Assembly: GCA_964057225.1 (NCBI GenBank)
Contig: OZ059898.1
Span: 868,001 to 932,000, forward strand
Origin: Auanema rhodensis
Taxonomy: Eukaryota; Animalia; Nematoda
Length of the DNA: 64,000 nucleotides
Reading direction: 5' to 3'
The first letter of the stretch is position 1; every line of letters starts with the position of its first letter. The translations under genes were made by a program, and so were the position numbers. The notes beneath the pieces were generated by a model that had not been told where the DNA came from, did not search any database, and was given only the letters and a program-made list of their open reading frames with translations. Of this stretch, positions 28,767-43,600 are shown one piece after another.

Positions 28767-31700
28767 TTTTGTATTAAGCGTTTCTCAATGTAGTATAGTG
28801 CATTCGATGCGGATTTTTAAGCTGCGTCGATCTGTGTTATCAGATTTGCGCTAGCTTAAAAATGCACCGAGATATCAACTGATATAAGTTCACACTTATA
28901 TCCTCGATTTTCACCCTGAAGAATTAATTTTTTCGTTGAATAACATTGTCCATCGTCTTTGCCTTGAAAAAAGGAATCTAAAAACATCTACTTTTTGCTA
29001 AATTATTTTGAAATTTTTCGAAAAAATTTTTGTCAAAATGTTTTTGGAAGCAATGTTGAGTGTACATGGAAACTCAACATACACTAATGCATCATTTTTC
29101 AAACGATCATAACTAATTTTTGTATTAAGCGTTTCTCAATGTAGTATAGTGCATTCGATGCGGATTTTTAAGCTGCGTCGATCTGTGTTATCAGATTTGC
29201 GCTAGCTTAAAAATGCACCGAGATATCAACTGATATAAGTTCACACTTATATCCTCGATTTTCACCCTGAAGAATTAATTTTTTCGTTGAATAACATTGT
29301 CCATCGTCTTTGCCTTGAAAAAAGAAATCTGAAAACATCTACTTTTTGCTAAATTATTTTGAAATTTTTCGAAAAAATTTTGTCAAAATGTTTTTGGAAG
29401 CAATGTTGAGTGTACATGGAAACTCAACATACACTAATGCATCATTTTTCAAACGATCATAACTAATTTTTGTATTAAGCGTTTCTCAATGTAGTATAGT
29501 GCATTCGATGCGGATTTTTAAGCTGCGTCGATCTGTGTTATCAGATTTGCGCTAGCTTAAAAATGCACCGAGATATCAACTGATATAAGTTCACACTTAT
29601 ATCCTCGATTTTCACCCTGAAGAATTAATTTTTTCGTTGAATAACATTGTCCATCGTCTTTGCCTTGAAAAAAGGAATCTAAAAACATCTACTTTTTGCT
29701 AAATTATTTTGAAATTTTTCGAAAAAATTTTTGTCAAAATGTTTTTGGAAGCAATGTTGAGTGTACATGGAAACTCAAACATACACTAATGCATCATTTT
29801 TCAAACGATCATAACTAATTTTTGTATTAAGCGTTTCTCAATGTAGTATAGTGCATTCGATGCGGATTTTTAAGCTGCGTCGATCTGTGTTATCAGATTT
29901 GCGCTAGCTTAAAAATGCACCGAGATATCAACTGATATAAGTTCACACTTATATCCTCGATTTTCACCCTGAAGAATTAATTTTTTCGTTGAATAACATT
30001 GTCCATCGTCTTTGCCTTGAAAAAAGGAATCTAAAAACATCTACTTTTTGCTAAATTATTCTGAAATTTTTCGAAAAAATTTTTGTCAAAATGTTTTTGG
30101 AAGCAATGTTGAGTGTACATGGAAACTCAACATACACTAATGCATCATTTTTCAAACGATCATAACTAATTTTTGTATTAAGCGTTTCTCAATGTAGTAT
30201 AGTGCATTCGATGCGGATTTTTAAGCTGCGTCGATCTGTGTTATCAGATTTGCGCTAGCTTAAAATGCACCGAGATATCAACTGATATAAGTTCACACTT
30301 ATATCCTCGATTTTCACCCTGAAGAATTAATTTTTTCGTTGAATAACATTGTCCATCGTCTTTGCCTTGAAAAAAGGAATCTAAAAACATCTACTTTTTG
30401 CTAAATTATTTTGAAATTTTTCGAAAAAATTTTTGTCAAAATGTTTTTGGAAGCAATGTTGAGTGTACATGGAAACTCAACATACACTAATGCATCATTT
30501 TTCAAACGATCATAACTAATTTTTGTATTAAGCGTTTCTCAATGTAGTATAGTGCATTCGATGCGGATTTTAAGCTGCGTCGATCTGTGTTATCAGATTT
30601 GCGCTAGCTTAAAAATGCACCGAGATATCAACTGATATAAGTTCACACTTATATCCTCGATTTTCACCCTGAAGAATTAATTTTTTCGTTGAATAACATT
30701 GTCCATCGTCTTTGCCTTGAAAAAAGAATCTGAAAAACATCTACTTTTTGCTAAATTATTTTGAATTTTTCGAAAAAATTTTTGTCAAAATGTTTTTGGA
30801 AGCAATGTTGAGTGTACATGGAAACTCAACATACACTAATGCATCATTTTTTCAAACGATCATAACTAATTTTTGTATTAAGCGTTTCTCAATGTAGTAT
30901 AGTGCATTCGATGCGGATTTTTAAGCTGCGTCGATCTGTGTTATCAGATTTGCGCTAGCTTAAAAATGCACCGAGATATCAACTGATATAAGTTCACACT
31001 TATATCCTCGATTTTCACCCTGAAGAATTAATTTTTTCGTTGAATAACATTGTCCATCGTCTTTGCCTTGAAAAAAGGAATCTAAAAACATCTACTTTTT
31101 GCTAAATTATTTGAAATTTTTCGAAAAAATTTTTGTCAAAATGTTTTTGGAAGCAATGTTGAGTGTACATGGAAACTCAACATACACTAATGCATCATTT
31201 TTCAAACGATCATAACTAATTTTTGTATTAAGCGTTTCTCAATGTAGTATAGTGCATTCGATGCGGATTTTTAAGCTGCGTCGATCTGTGTTATCAGATT
31301 TGCGCTAGCTTAAAAATGCACCGAGATATCAACTGATATAAGTTCACACTTATATCCTCGATTTTCACCCTGAAGAATTAATTTTTTCGTTGAATAACAT
31401 TGTCCATCGTCTTTGCCTTGAAAAAAGGAATCTAAAAACATCTACTTTTTGCTAAATTATTTTGAAATTTTTCGAAAAATTTTTGTCAAAATGTTTTTGG
31501 AAGCAATGTTGAGTGTACATGGAAACTCAACATACACTAATGCATCATTTTTCAAACGATCATAACTAATTTTTGTATTAAGCGTTTCTCAATGTAGTAT
31601 AGTGCATTCGATGCGGATTTTTAAGCTGCGTCGATCTGTGTTATCAGATTTGCGCTAGCTTAAAAATGCACCGAGATATCAACTGATATAAGTTCACACT

Positions 31701-34700
31701 TATATCCTCGATTTTCACCCTGAAGAATTAATTTTTTCGTTGAATAACATTGTCCATCGTCTTTGCCTTGAAAAAAGGAATCTAAAAACATCTACTTTTT
31801 GCTAAATTATTTTGAAATTTTTCGAAAAAATTTTTGTCAAAATGTTTTTGGAAGCAATGTTGAGTGTACATGGAAACTCAACATACACTAATGCATCATT
31901 TTTCAAACGATCATAACTAATTTTTGTATTAAGCGTTTCTCAATGTAGTATAGTGCATTCGATGCGGATTTTTAAGCTGCGTCGATCTGTGTTATCAGAT
32001 TTGCGCTAGCTTAAAATGCACCGAGATATCAACTGATATAAGTTCACACTTATATCCTCGATTTTCACCCTGAAGAATTAATTTTTTCGTTGAATAACAT
32101 TGTCCATCGTCTTTGCCTTGAAAAAAGGAATCTAAAAACATCTACTTTTTGCTAAATTATTTTGAAATTTTTCGAAAAAATTTTTGTCAAAATGTTTTTG
32201 GAAGCAATGTTGAGTGTACATGGAAACTCAACATACACTAATGCATCATTTTTCAAACGATCATAACTAATTTTTGTATTAAGCGTTTCTCAATGTAGTA
32301 TAGTGCATTCGATGCGGATTTTTAAGCTGCGTCGATCTGTGTTATCAGATTTGCGCTAGCTTAAAAATGCACCGAGATATCAACTGATATAAGTTCACAC
32401 TTATATCCTCGATTTTCACCCTGAAGAATTAATTTTTTCGTTGAATAACATTGTCCATCGTCTTTGCCTTGAAAAAAGAAATCTGAAAAACATCTACTTT
32501 TTGCTAAATTATTTTGAAATTTTTCGAAAAAATTTTTGTCAAAATGTTTTTGGAAGCAATGTTGAGTGTACATGGAAACTCAACATACACTAATGCATCA
32601 TTTTTCAAACGATCATAACTAATTTTTGTATTAAGCGTTTCTCAATGTAGTATAGTGCATTCCGATGCGGATTTTTAAGCTGCGTCGATCTGTGTTATCA
32701 GATTTGCGCTAGCTTAAAATGCACCGAGATATCAACTGATATAAGTTCACACTTATATCCTCGATTTTCACCCTGAAGAATTAATTTTTTCGTTGAATAA
32801 CATTGTCCATCGTCTTTGCCTTGAAAAAAGGAATCTAAAACATCTACTTTTTGCTAAATTATTTGAAATTTTCGAAAAAATTTTGTCAAAATGTTTTTGG
32901 AAGCAATGTTGAGTGTACATGGAAACTCAACATACACTAATGCATCATTTTCAAACGATCATAACTAATTTTTGTATTAAGCGTTTCTCAATGTAGTATA
33001 GTGCATTCGATGCGGATTTTTAAGCTGCGTCGATCTGTGTTATCAGATTTGCGCTAGCTTAAAAATGCACCGAGATATCAACTGATATAAGTTCACACTT
33101 ATATCCTCGATTTTCACCCTGAAGAATTAATTTTTTCGTTGAATAACATTGTCCATCGTCTTTGCCTTGAAAAAAGGAATCTAAAAACATCTACTTTTTG
33201 CTAAATTATTTTGAAATTTTTCGAAAAAATTTTTGTCAAAATGTTTTTGGAAGCAATGTTGAGTGTACATGGAAACTCAACATACACTAATGCATCATTT
33301 TTCAAACGATCATAACTAATTTTTGTATTAAGCGTTTCTCAATGTAGTATAGTGCATTCGATGCGGATTTTTAAGCTGCGTCGATCTGTGTTATCAGATT
33401 TGCGCTAGCTTAAAAATGCACCGAGATATCAACTGATATAAGTTCACACTTATATCCTCGATTTTCACCCTGAAGAATTAATTTTTTCGTTGAATAACAT
33501 TGTCCATCGTCTTTGCCTTGAAAAAAGGAATCTAAAAACATCTACTTTTTGCTAAATTATTTTGAAATTTTTCGAAAAAATTTTTGTCAAAATGTTTTTG
33601 GAAGCAATGTTGAGTGTACATGGAAACTCAACATACACTAATGCATCATTTTTCAAACGATCATAACTAATTTTTGTATTAAGCGTTTCTCAATGTAGTA
33701 TAGTGCATTCGATGCGGATTTTTAAGCTGCGTCGATCTGTGTTATCAGATTTGCGCTAGCTTAAAAATGCACCGAGATATCAACTGATATAAGTTCACAC
33801 TTATATCCTCGATTTTCACCCTGAAGAATTAATTTTTTCGTTGAATAACATTGTCCATCGTCTTTGCCTTGAAAAAAGGAATCTAAAAACATCTACTTTT
33901 TGCTAAATTATTTTGAAATTTTTCGAAAAAATTTTTGTCAAAATGTTTTTGGAAGCAATGTTGAGTGTACATGGAAACTCAACATACACTAATGCATCAT
34001 TTTTCAAACGATCATAACTAATTTTTGTATTAAGCGTTTCTCAATGTAGTATAGTGCATTCGATGCGGATTTTTAAGCTGCGTCCGATCTGTGTTATCAG
34101 ATTTGCGCTAGCTTAAAAATGCACCGAGATATCAACTGATATAAGTTCACACTTATATCCTCGATTTTCACCCTGAAGAATTAATTTTTTCGTTGAATAA
34201 CATTGTCCATCGTCTTTGCCTTGAAAAAAGAAATCTGAAAACACTACTTTTTGCTAAATTATTTTGAAATTTTTCGAAAAAATTTTTGTCAACATGTTTT
34301 TGGAAGCAATGTTGAGTGTACATGGAAACTCAACATACACTAATGCATCATTTTTCAAACGATCATAACTAATTTTTGTATTAGCGTTTCTCAATGTAGT
34401 ATAGTGCATTCGATGCGGATTTTTAAGCTGCGTCGATCTGTGTTATCAGATTTGCGCTAGCTTAAAAATGCACCGAGATATCAACTGATATAAGTTCACA
34501 CTTATATCCTCGATTTTCACCCTGAAGAATTAATTTTTTCGTTGAATAACATTGTCCATCGTCTTTGCCTTGAAAAAAGGAATCTAAAAACATCTACTTT
34601 TTGCTAAATTATTTTGAAATTTTTCGAAAAAATTTTTGTCAAATGTTTTTGGAAGCAATGTTGAGTGTACATGGAAACTCAACATACACTAATGCATCAT

Positions 34701-37700
34701 TTTTCAAACGATCATAACTAATTTTTGTATTAAGCGTTTCTCAATGTCGTATAGTGCATTCGATGCGGATTTTTAAGCTGCGTCGATCTGTGTTTTCAGA
34801 TTTGCGCTAGCTTAAAAATGCACCGAGATATCAACTGATATAAGTTCACACTTATATCCTCGATTTTCACCCTGAAGAATTAATTTTTTTCGTTGAATAA
34901 CATTGTCCATCGTCTTTGCCTTGAAAAAAGGAATCTAAAAACATCTACTTTTTGCTAAATTATTTTGAAATTTTTCGAAACAATTTTTGTCAAAATGTTT
35001 TTGGAAGCAATGTTGAGTGTACATGGAAACTCAACATACACTAATGCATCATTTTTCAAACGATCATAACTAATTTTTGTATTAAGCGTTTCTCAATGTA
35101 GTATAGTGCATTCGATGCGGATTTTTAAGCTGCGTCGATCTGTGTTATCAGATTTGCGCTAGCTTAAAAATGCACCGAGATATCAACTGATATAAGTTCA
35201 CACTTATATCCTCGATTTTCACCCTGAAGAATTAATTTTTTCGTTGAATAACATTGTCCATCGTCTTTGCCTTGAAAAAAGGAATCTAAAAACATCTACT
35301 TTTTGCTAAATTATTTTGAAATTTTTCGAAAAAATTTTTGTCAAAATGTTTTTGGAAGCAATGTTGAGTGTACATGGAAACTCAACATACACTAATGCAT
35401 CATTTTTCAAACGATCATAACTAATTTTTGTATTAAGCGTTTCTCAATGTAGTATAGTGCATTCGATGCGGATTTTTAAGCTGCGTCGATCTGTGTTATC
35501 AGATTTGCGCTAGCTTAAAAATGCACCGAGATATCAACTGATATAAGTTCACACTTATATCCTCGATTTTCACCCTGAAGAATTAATTTTTTCGTTGAAT
35601 AACATTGTCCATCGTCTTTGCCTTGAAAAAAGGAATCTAAAACATCTACTTTTTGCTAAATTATTTTGAAATTTTTCGAAAAAATTTTGTCAAATGTTTT
35701 TGGAAGCAATGTTGAGTGTACATGGAAACTCAACATACACTAATGCATCATTTTTCAAACGATCATAACCTAATTTTTGTATTAAGCGTTTCTCAATGTA
35801 GTATAGTGCATTCGATGCGGATTTTTAAGCTGCGTCGATCTGTGTTATCAGATTTGCGCCTAGCTTAAAAATGCACCGAGATATCAACTGATATAAGTCA
35901 CACTTATATCCTCGATTTTCACCCTGAAGAATTAATTTTTTTCGTTGAATAACATTGTCCATCGTCTTTGCTTGAAAAAAGGAATCTAAAAACATCTACT
36001 TTTGCTAAATTATTTTGAAATTTTCGAAAAAATTTTGTCAAAATGTTTTTGGAAGCAATGTTGAGTGTACATGGAAACTCAACATACACTAATGCATCAT
36101 TTTTCAAACGATCATAACTAATTTTTGTATTAGCGTTTCTCAATGTAGTATAGTGCATTCGATGCGGATTTTTAAGCTGCGTCGATCTGTGTTATCAGAT
36201 TTGCGCTAGCTTAAAAATGCACCGAGATATCAACTGATATAAGTTCACACTTATATCCTCGATTTTCACCCTGAAGAATTAATTTTTTCGTTGAATAACA
36301 TTGTCCATCGTCTTTGCCTTGAAAAAAGGAATCTAAAAACATCTACTTTTTGCTAAATTATTTTGAAATTTTTCGAAAAAATTTTTGTCAAAATGTTTTT
36401 GGAAGCAATGTTGAGTGTACATGGAAACTCAACATACACTAATGCATCATTTTTCAAACGATCATAACTAATTTTTGTATTAAGCGTTTCTCAATGTAGT
36501 ATAGTGCATTCGATGCGGATTTTTAAGCTGCGTCGATCTGTGTTATCAGATTTGCGCTAGCTTAAAAATGCACCGAGATATCAACTGATATAAGTTCACA
36601 CTTATATCCTCGATTTTCACCCTGAAGAATTAATTTTTTCGTTGAATAACATTGTCCATCGTCTTTGCCTTGAAAAAAGAATCTGAAAACATCTACTTTT
36701 TGCTAAATTATTTTGAAATTTTTCGAAAAAATTTTTGTCAAAATGTTTTTGGAAGCAATGTTGAGTGTACATGGAAACTCAACATACACTAATGCATCAT
36801 TTTTCAAACGATCATAACTAATTTTTGTATTAAGCGTTTCTCAATGTAGTATAGTGCATTCGATGCGGATTTTTAAGCTGCGTCGATCTGTGTTATCAGA
36901 TTTGCGCTAGCTTAAAAATGCACCGAGATATCAACTGATATAAGTTCACACTTATATCCTCGATTTTCACCCTGAAGAATTAATTTTTTCGTTGAATAAC
37001 ATTGTCCATCGTCTTTGCCTTGAAAAAAGGAATCTAAAAACATCTACTTTTTGCTAAATTATTTTGAAATTTTCGAAAAAATTTTTGTCAAAATGTTTTT
37101 GGAAGCAATGTTGAGTGTACATGGAAACTCAACATACACTAATGCATCATTTTTCAAACGATCATAACTAATTTTTGTATTAAGCGTTTCTCAATGTAGT
37201 ATAGTGCATTCGATGCGGATTTTTAAGCTGCGTCGATCTGTGTTATCAGATTTGCGCTAGCTTAAAAATGCACCGAGATATCAACTGATATAAGTTCACA
37301 CTTATATCCTCGATTTTCACCCTGAAGAATTAATTTTTTCGTTGAATAACATTGTCCATCGTCTTTGCCTTGAAAAAAGGAATCTAAAAACATCTACTTT
37401 TTGCTAAATTATTTTGAAATTTTTCGAAAAAATTTTTGTCAAAATGTTTTTGGAAGCAATGTTGAGTGTACATGGAAACTCAACATACACTAATGCATCA
37501 TTTTTCAAACGATCATAACTAATTTTTGTATTAAGCGTTTCTCAATGTAGTTATAGTGCATTCGATGCGGATTTTTAAGCTGCGTCGATCTGTGTTATCA
37601 GATTTGCGCTAGCTTAAAAATGCACCGAGATATCAACTGATATAAGTTCACACTTATATCCTCGATTTTCACCCTGAAGAATTAATTTTTTCGTTGAATA

Positions 37701-40643
37701 ACATTGTCCATCGTCTTTGCCTTGAAAAAAGGAATCTAAAAACATCTACTTTTTGCTAAATTATTTTGAAATTTTTCGAAAAATTTTTGTCAAAATGTTT
37801 TTGGAAGCAATGTTGAGTGTACATGGAAACTCAACATACACTAATGCATCATTTTTCAAACGATCATAACTAATTTTTGTATTAAGCGTTTTCAATGTAG
37901 TATAGTGCATTCGATGCGGATTTTTAAGCTGCGTCGATCTGTGTTATCAGATTTGCGCTAGCTTAAAAATGCACCGAGATATCAACTGATATAAGTTCAC
38001 ACTTATATCCTCGATTTTCACCCTGAAGAATTAATTTTTTCGTTGAATAACATTTGTCCATCGTCTTTGCCTTGAAAAAAGGAATCTAAAAACATCTACT
38101 TTTTGCTAAATTATTTTGAAATTTTTCGAAAAAATTTTTGTCAAAATGTTTTTGGAACGCAATGTTGAGTGTACCTGGAAACTCAACATACACTAATGCA
38201 TCATTTTTCAAACGATCATAACTAATTTTTGTATTAAGCGTTTCTCAATGTAGTATAGTGCATTCGATGCGGATTTTTAAGCTGCGTCGATCTGTGTTAT
38301 CAGATTTGCGCTAGCTTAAAAATGCACCGAGATATCAACTGATATAAGTTCACACTTATATCCTCGATTTTCACCCTGAAGAATTAATTTTTTCGTTGAA
38401 TAACATTGTCCATCGTCTTTGCCTTGAAAAAAGAATCTAAAAACATCTACTTTTTGCTAAATTATTTTGAAATTTTTCGAAAAAATTTTTGTCAAAATGT
38501 TTTTGGAAGCAATGTTGAGTGTACATGGAAACTCAACATACACTAATGCATCATTTTTCAAACGATCATAACTAATTTTTGTATTAAGCGTTTCTCAATG
38601 TAGTATAGTGCATTCGATGCGGATTTTTAAGCTGCGTCGATCTGTGTTATCAGATTTGCGCTAGCTTAAAAATGCACCGAGATATCAACTGATATAAGTT
38701 CACACTTATATCCTCGATTTTCACCCTGAAGAATTAATTTTTTTCGTTGAATAACATTGTCCATCGTCTTTGTCTTGAAAAAAGGAAATCTGAAAACATC
38801 TACTTTTTGCTAAATTATTTTGAAATTTTTCGAAAAAATTTTTGTCAAAATGTTTTTGGAAGCAATGTTGAGTGTACATGGAAACTCAACATACACTAAT
38901 GCATCATTTTTCAAACGATCATAACTAATTTTTGTATTAAGCGTTTCTCAATGTCGTATAGTGCATTCGATGCGGATTTTTAAGCTGCGTCGATCTGTGT
39001 TATCAGATTTGCGCTAGCTTAAAAATGCACCGAGATATCAACTGATATAAGTTCACACTTATATCCTCGATTTTCACCCTGAAGAATTAATTTTTTCGTT
39101 GAATAACATTGTCCATCGTCTTTGCCTTGAAAAAAGGAATCTAAAAACATCTACTTTTTGCTAAATTATTTTGAAATTTTTCGAAAAAATTTTTGTCAAA
39201 ATGTTTTTGGAAGCAATGTTGAGTGTACATGGAAACTCAACATACACTAATGCATCATTTTTCAAACGATCATAACTAATTTTTGTATTAAGCGTTTCTC
39301 AATGTAGTATAGTGCATTCGATGCGGATTTTTAAGCTGCGTCGATCTGTGTTATCAGATTTGCGCTAGCTTAAAAATGCACCGAGATATCAACTGATATA
39401 AGTTCACACTTATATCCTCGATTTTCACCCTGAAGAATTAATTTTTTCGTTGAATAACATTGTCCATCGTCTTTGCCTTGAAAAAAGGAATCTAAAAACA
39501 TCTACTTTTTGCTAAAATTATTTTGAAATTTTTCGAAAAATTTTTGTCAAAATGTTTTTGGAAGCAATGTTGAGTGTACATGGAAACTCAACATACACTA
39601 ATGCATCATTTTTCAAACGATCATAACTAATTTTTGTATTAAGCGTTTCTCAATGTAGTATAGTGCATTCGATGCGGATTTTTAAGCTGCGTCGATCTGT
39701 GTTATCAGATTTGCGCTAGCTTAAAAATGCACGAGATATCAACTGATATAAGTTCACACTTATATCCTCGATTTTCACCCTGAAGAATTAATTTTTTCGT
39801 TGAATAACATTGTCCATCGTCTTTGTCTTGAAAAAGAAATCTGAAAACATCTACTTTTTGCTAAATTATTTTGAAATTTATCGAAAAAATTTTTGTCAAA
39901 CATGTTTTTGGAAGCAATGTTGAGTGTACATGGAAACTCAACATACACTAATGCATCATTTTTCAAACGATCATAACTAATTTTTGTATTAAGCGTTTCT
40001 CAATGTAGTATAGTGCATTCGATGCGGATTTTTAAGCTGCGTCGATCTGTGTTATCAGATTTGCGCTAGCTTAAAAATGCACCGAGATATCAACTGATAT
40101 AAGTTCACACTTATATCCTCGATTTTCACCCTGAAGAATTAATTTTTTCGTTGAATAACATTGTCCATCGTCTTTGCCTTGAAAAAAGGAATCTAAAAAC
40201 ATCTACTTTTTGCTAAATTATTTTGAAATTTTTCGAAAAAATTTTTGTCAAAATGTTTTTGGAAGCAATGTTGAGTGTACATGGAAACTCAACATACACT
40301 AATGCATCATTTTTCAAACGATCATAACTAATTTTTGTATTAAGCGTTTCTCAATGTCGTATAGTGCATTCGATGCGGATTTTTAAGCTGCGTCGATCTG
40401 TGTTTTCAGATTTGCGCTAGCTTAAAAATGCACCGAGATATCAACTGATATAAGTTCACACTTATATCCTCGATTTTCACCCTGAAGAATTAATTTTTTT
40501 GTTGAATAACATTGTCCATCGTCTTTGCCTTGAAAAAAGAAATCTAAAAACATCTACTTTTTGCTAAATTATTTTGAAATTTTTCGAAAAAATTTTTGTC
40601 AAAATGTTTTTGGAAGCAATGTTGAGTGTACATGGAAACTCAA

Positions 40644-43600
40644 CATACACTAATGCATCATTTTTCAAACGATCATAACTAATTTTTGTATTAAGCGTTT
40701 CTCAATGTAGTATAGTGCATTCGATGCGGATTTTTAAGCTGCGTCGATCTGTGTTATCAGATTTGCGCTAGCTTAAAAATGCACCGAGATATCAACTGAT
40801 ATAAGTTCACACTTATATCCTCGATTTTCACCCTGAAGAATTAATTTTTTTGTTGAATAACATTGTCCATCGTCTTTGCCTTGAGAAAAGAAATCTAAAA
40901 ACATCTACTTTTTGCTAAATTATTTTGAAATTTTTCGAAAAAATTTTTGTCAAAATGTTTTTGGAAGCAATGTTGAGTGTACATGGAAACTCAACATACA
41001 CTAATGCATCATTTTTCAAACGATCATAACTAATTTTTGTATTAAGCGTTTCTCAATGTCGTATAGTGCATTCGATGCGGATTTTTAAGCTGCGTCGATC
41101 TGTGTTATCAGATTTGCGCTAGCTTAAAAATGCACCGAGATATCAACTGATATAAGTTCACACTTATATCCTCGATTTTCACCCTGAAGAATTAATTTTT
41201 TCGTTGAATAACATTGTCCATCGTCTTTGCCTTGAAAAAAGGAATCTAAAAACATCTACTTTTTGCTAAATTATCTTGAAATTTTTCGAAAAAATTTTTG
41301 TCAAAATGTTTTTGGAAGCAATGTTGAGTGTACATGGAAACTCAACATACACTAATGCATCATTTTTCAAACGATCATAACTAATTTTTGTATTAAGCGT
41401 TTCTCAATGTAGTATAGTGCATTCGATGCGGATGTTTAAGCTGCGTCGATCTGTGTTATTAGATTTGCGCTAGCTTAAAAATGCACCGAGATATCAACTG
41501 ATATAAGTTCACACTTATATCCTCGATTTTCACCCTGAAGAATTAATTTTTTTGTTGAATAACATTGTCCATCGTCTTTGCCTTGAAAAAAGGAATCTAA
41601 AAACATCTACTTTTTGCTAAATTATTTTGAAATTTTTCGAAAAAATTTTTGTCAAAATGTTTTTGGAAGCAATGTTGAGTGTACATGGAAACTCAACATA
41701 CACTAATGCATCATTTTTCAAACGATCATAACTAATTTTTGTATTAAGCGTTTCTCAATGTAGTATAGTGCATTCGATGCGGATTTTTAAGCTGCGTCGA
41801 TCTGTGTTATCAGATTTGCGCTAGCTTAAAAATGCACCGAGATATCAACTGATATAAGTTCACACTTATATCCTCGATTTTCACCCTGAAGAATTAATTT
41901 TTTCGTTGAATAACATTGTCCATCGTCTTTGCCTTGAAAAAAGGAATCTAAAAACATCTACTTTTTGCTAAATTATCTTGAAATTTTTCGAAAAAATTTT
42001 TGTCAAAATGTTTTTGGAAGCAATGTTGAGTGTACATGGAAACTCAACATACACTAATGCATCATTTTTCAAACGATCATAACTAATTTTTGTATTAAGC
42101 GTTTCTCAATGTAGTATAGTGCATTCGATGCGGATTTTTAAGCTGCGTCGATCTGTGTTATCAGATTTGCGCTAGCTTAAAAATGCACCGAGATATCAAC
42201 TGATATAAGTTCACACTTATATCCTCGATTTTCACCCTGAAGAATCAATTTTTTCGTTGAATAACATTGTCCATCGTCTTTGCCTTGAAAAAAGGAATCT
42301 AAAAACATCTACTTTTTGCTAAATTATCTTGAAATTTTTCGAAAAAATTTTTGTCAAAATGTTTTTGGAAGCAACGTTGAGTGTACATGGAAACTCAACA
42401 TACACTAATGCATCATTTTTCAAACGATCATAACTAATTTTTGTATTAAGCGTTTCTCAATGTAGTATAGTGCATTCGATGCGGATTTTTAAGCTGCGTC
42501 GATCTGTGTTATCAGATTTGCGCTAGCTTAAAAATGCACCGAGATATCAACCGATATAAGTTCACACTTATATCCTCGATTTTCACCCTGAAGAATTAAT
42601 TTTTTTGTTGAATAACATTGTCCATCGTCTTTGCCTTGAAAAAAGGAATCTAAAAACATCTACTTTTTGCTAAATTATCTTGAAATTTTTCGAAAAAATT
42701 TTTGTCAAAATGTTTTTGGAATCAATGTTGAGTGTACATGGAAACTCATCATACACTAATGCATCATTTTTCAAACGATCATAACTAATTTTTGTATTAA
42801 GCGTTTCTCAATGTAGTATAGTGCATTCGATGCGGATTTTTAAGCTGCGTCGATCTGTGTTATCAGATTTGCGCTAGCTTAAAAATGCACCGAGATATCA
42901 ACTGATATAAGTTCACACTTATATCCTCGATTTTCACCCTGAAGAATTAATTTTTTTGTTGAATAACATTGTCCATCGTCTTTGCCTTGAGAAAAGAAAT
43001 CTAAAAACATCTACTTTTTGCTAAATTATTTTGAAATTTTTCGAAAAAATTTTTGTCAAAATGTTTTTGGAAGCAATGTTGAGTGTACATGGAAACTCAA
43101 CATACACTAATGCATCATTTTTCAAACGATCATAACTAATTTTTGTATTAAGCGTTTCTCAATGTCGTATAGTGCATTCGATGCGGATTTTTAAGCTGCG
43201 TCGATCTGTGTTATCAGATTTGCGCTAGCTTAAAAATGCACCGAGATATCAACTGATATAAGTTCACACTTATATCCTCGATTTTCACCCTGAAGAATTA
43301 ATTTTTTCGTTGAATAACATTGTCCATCGTCTTTGCCTTGAAAAAAGGAATCTAAAAACATCTACTTTTTGCTAAATTATCTTGAAATTTTTCGAAAAAA
43401 TTTTTGTCAAAATGTTTTTGGAAGCAATGTTGAGTGTACATGGAAACTCAACATACACTAATGCATCATTTTTCAAACGATCATAACTAATTTTTGTATT
43501 AAGCGTTTCTCAATGTAGTATAGTGCATTCGATGCGGATTTTTAAGCTGCGTCGATCTGTGTTATTAGATTTGCGCTAGCTTAAAAATGCACCGAGATAT

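Noticed and set aside
28518-28793. 91-aa ORF across the gap
   Set aside because: Artefact of translating Ns.
28767-39950. Apparent indel-hypermutable domain
   Set aside because: The indels are private, mostly in homopolymers and concentrated at a contig end, so they are better explained as sequencing or consensus error.
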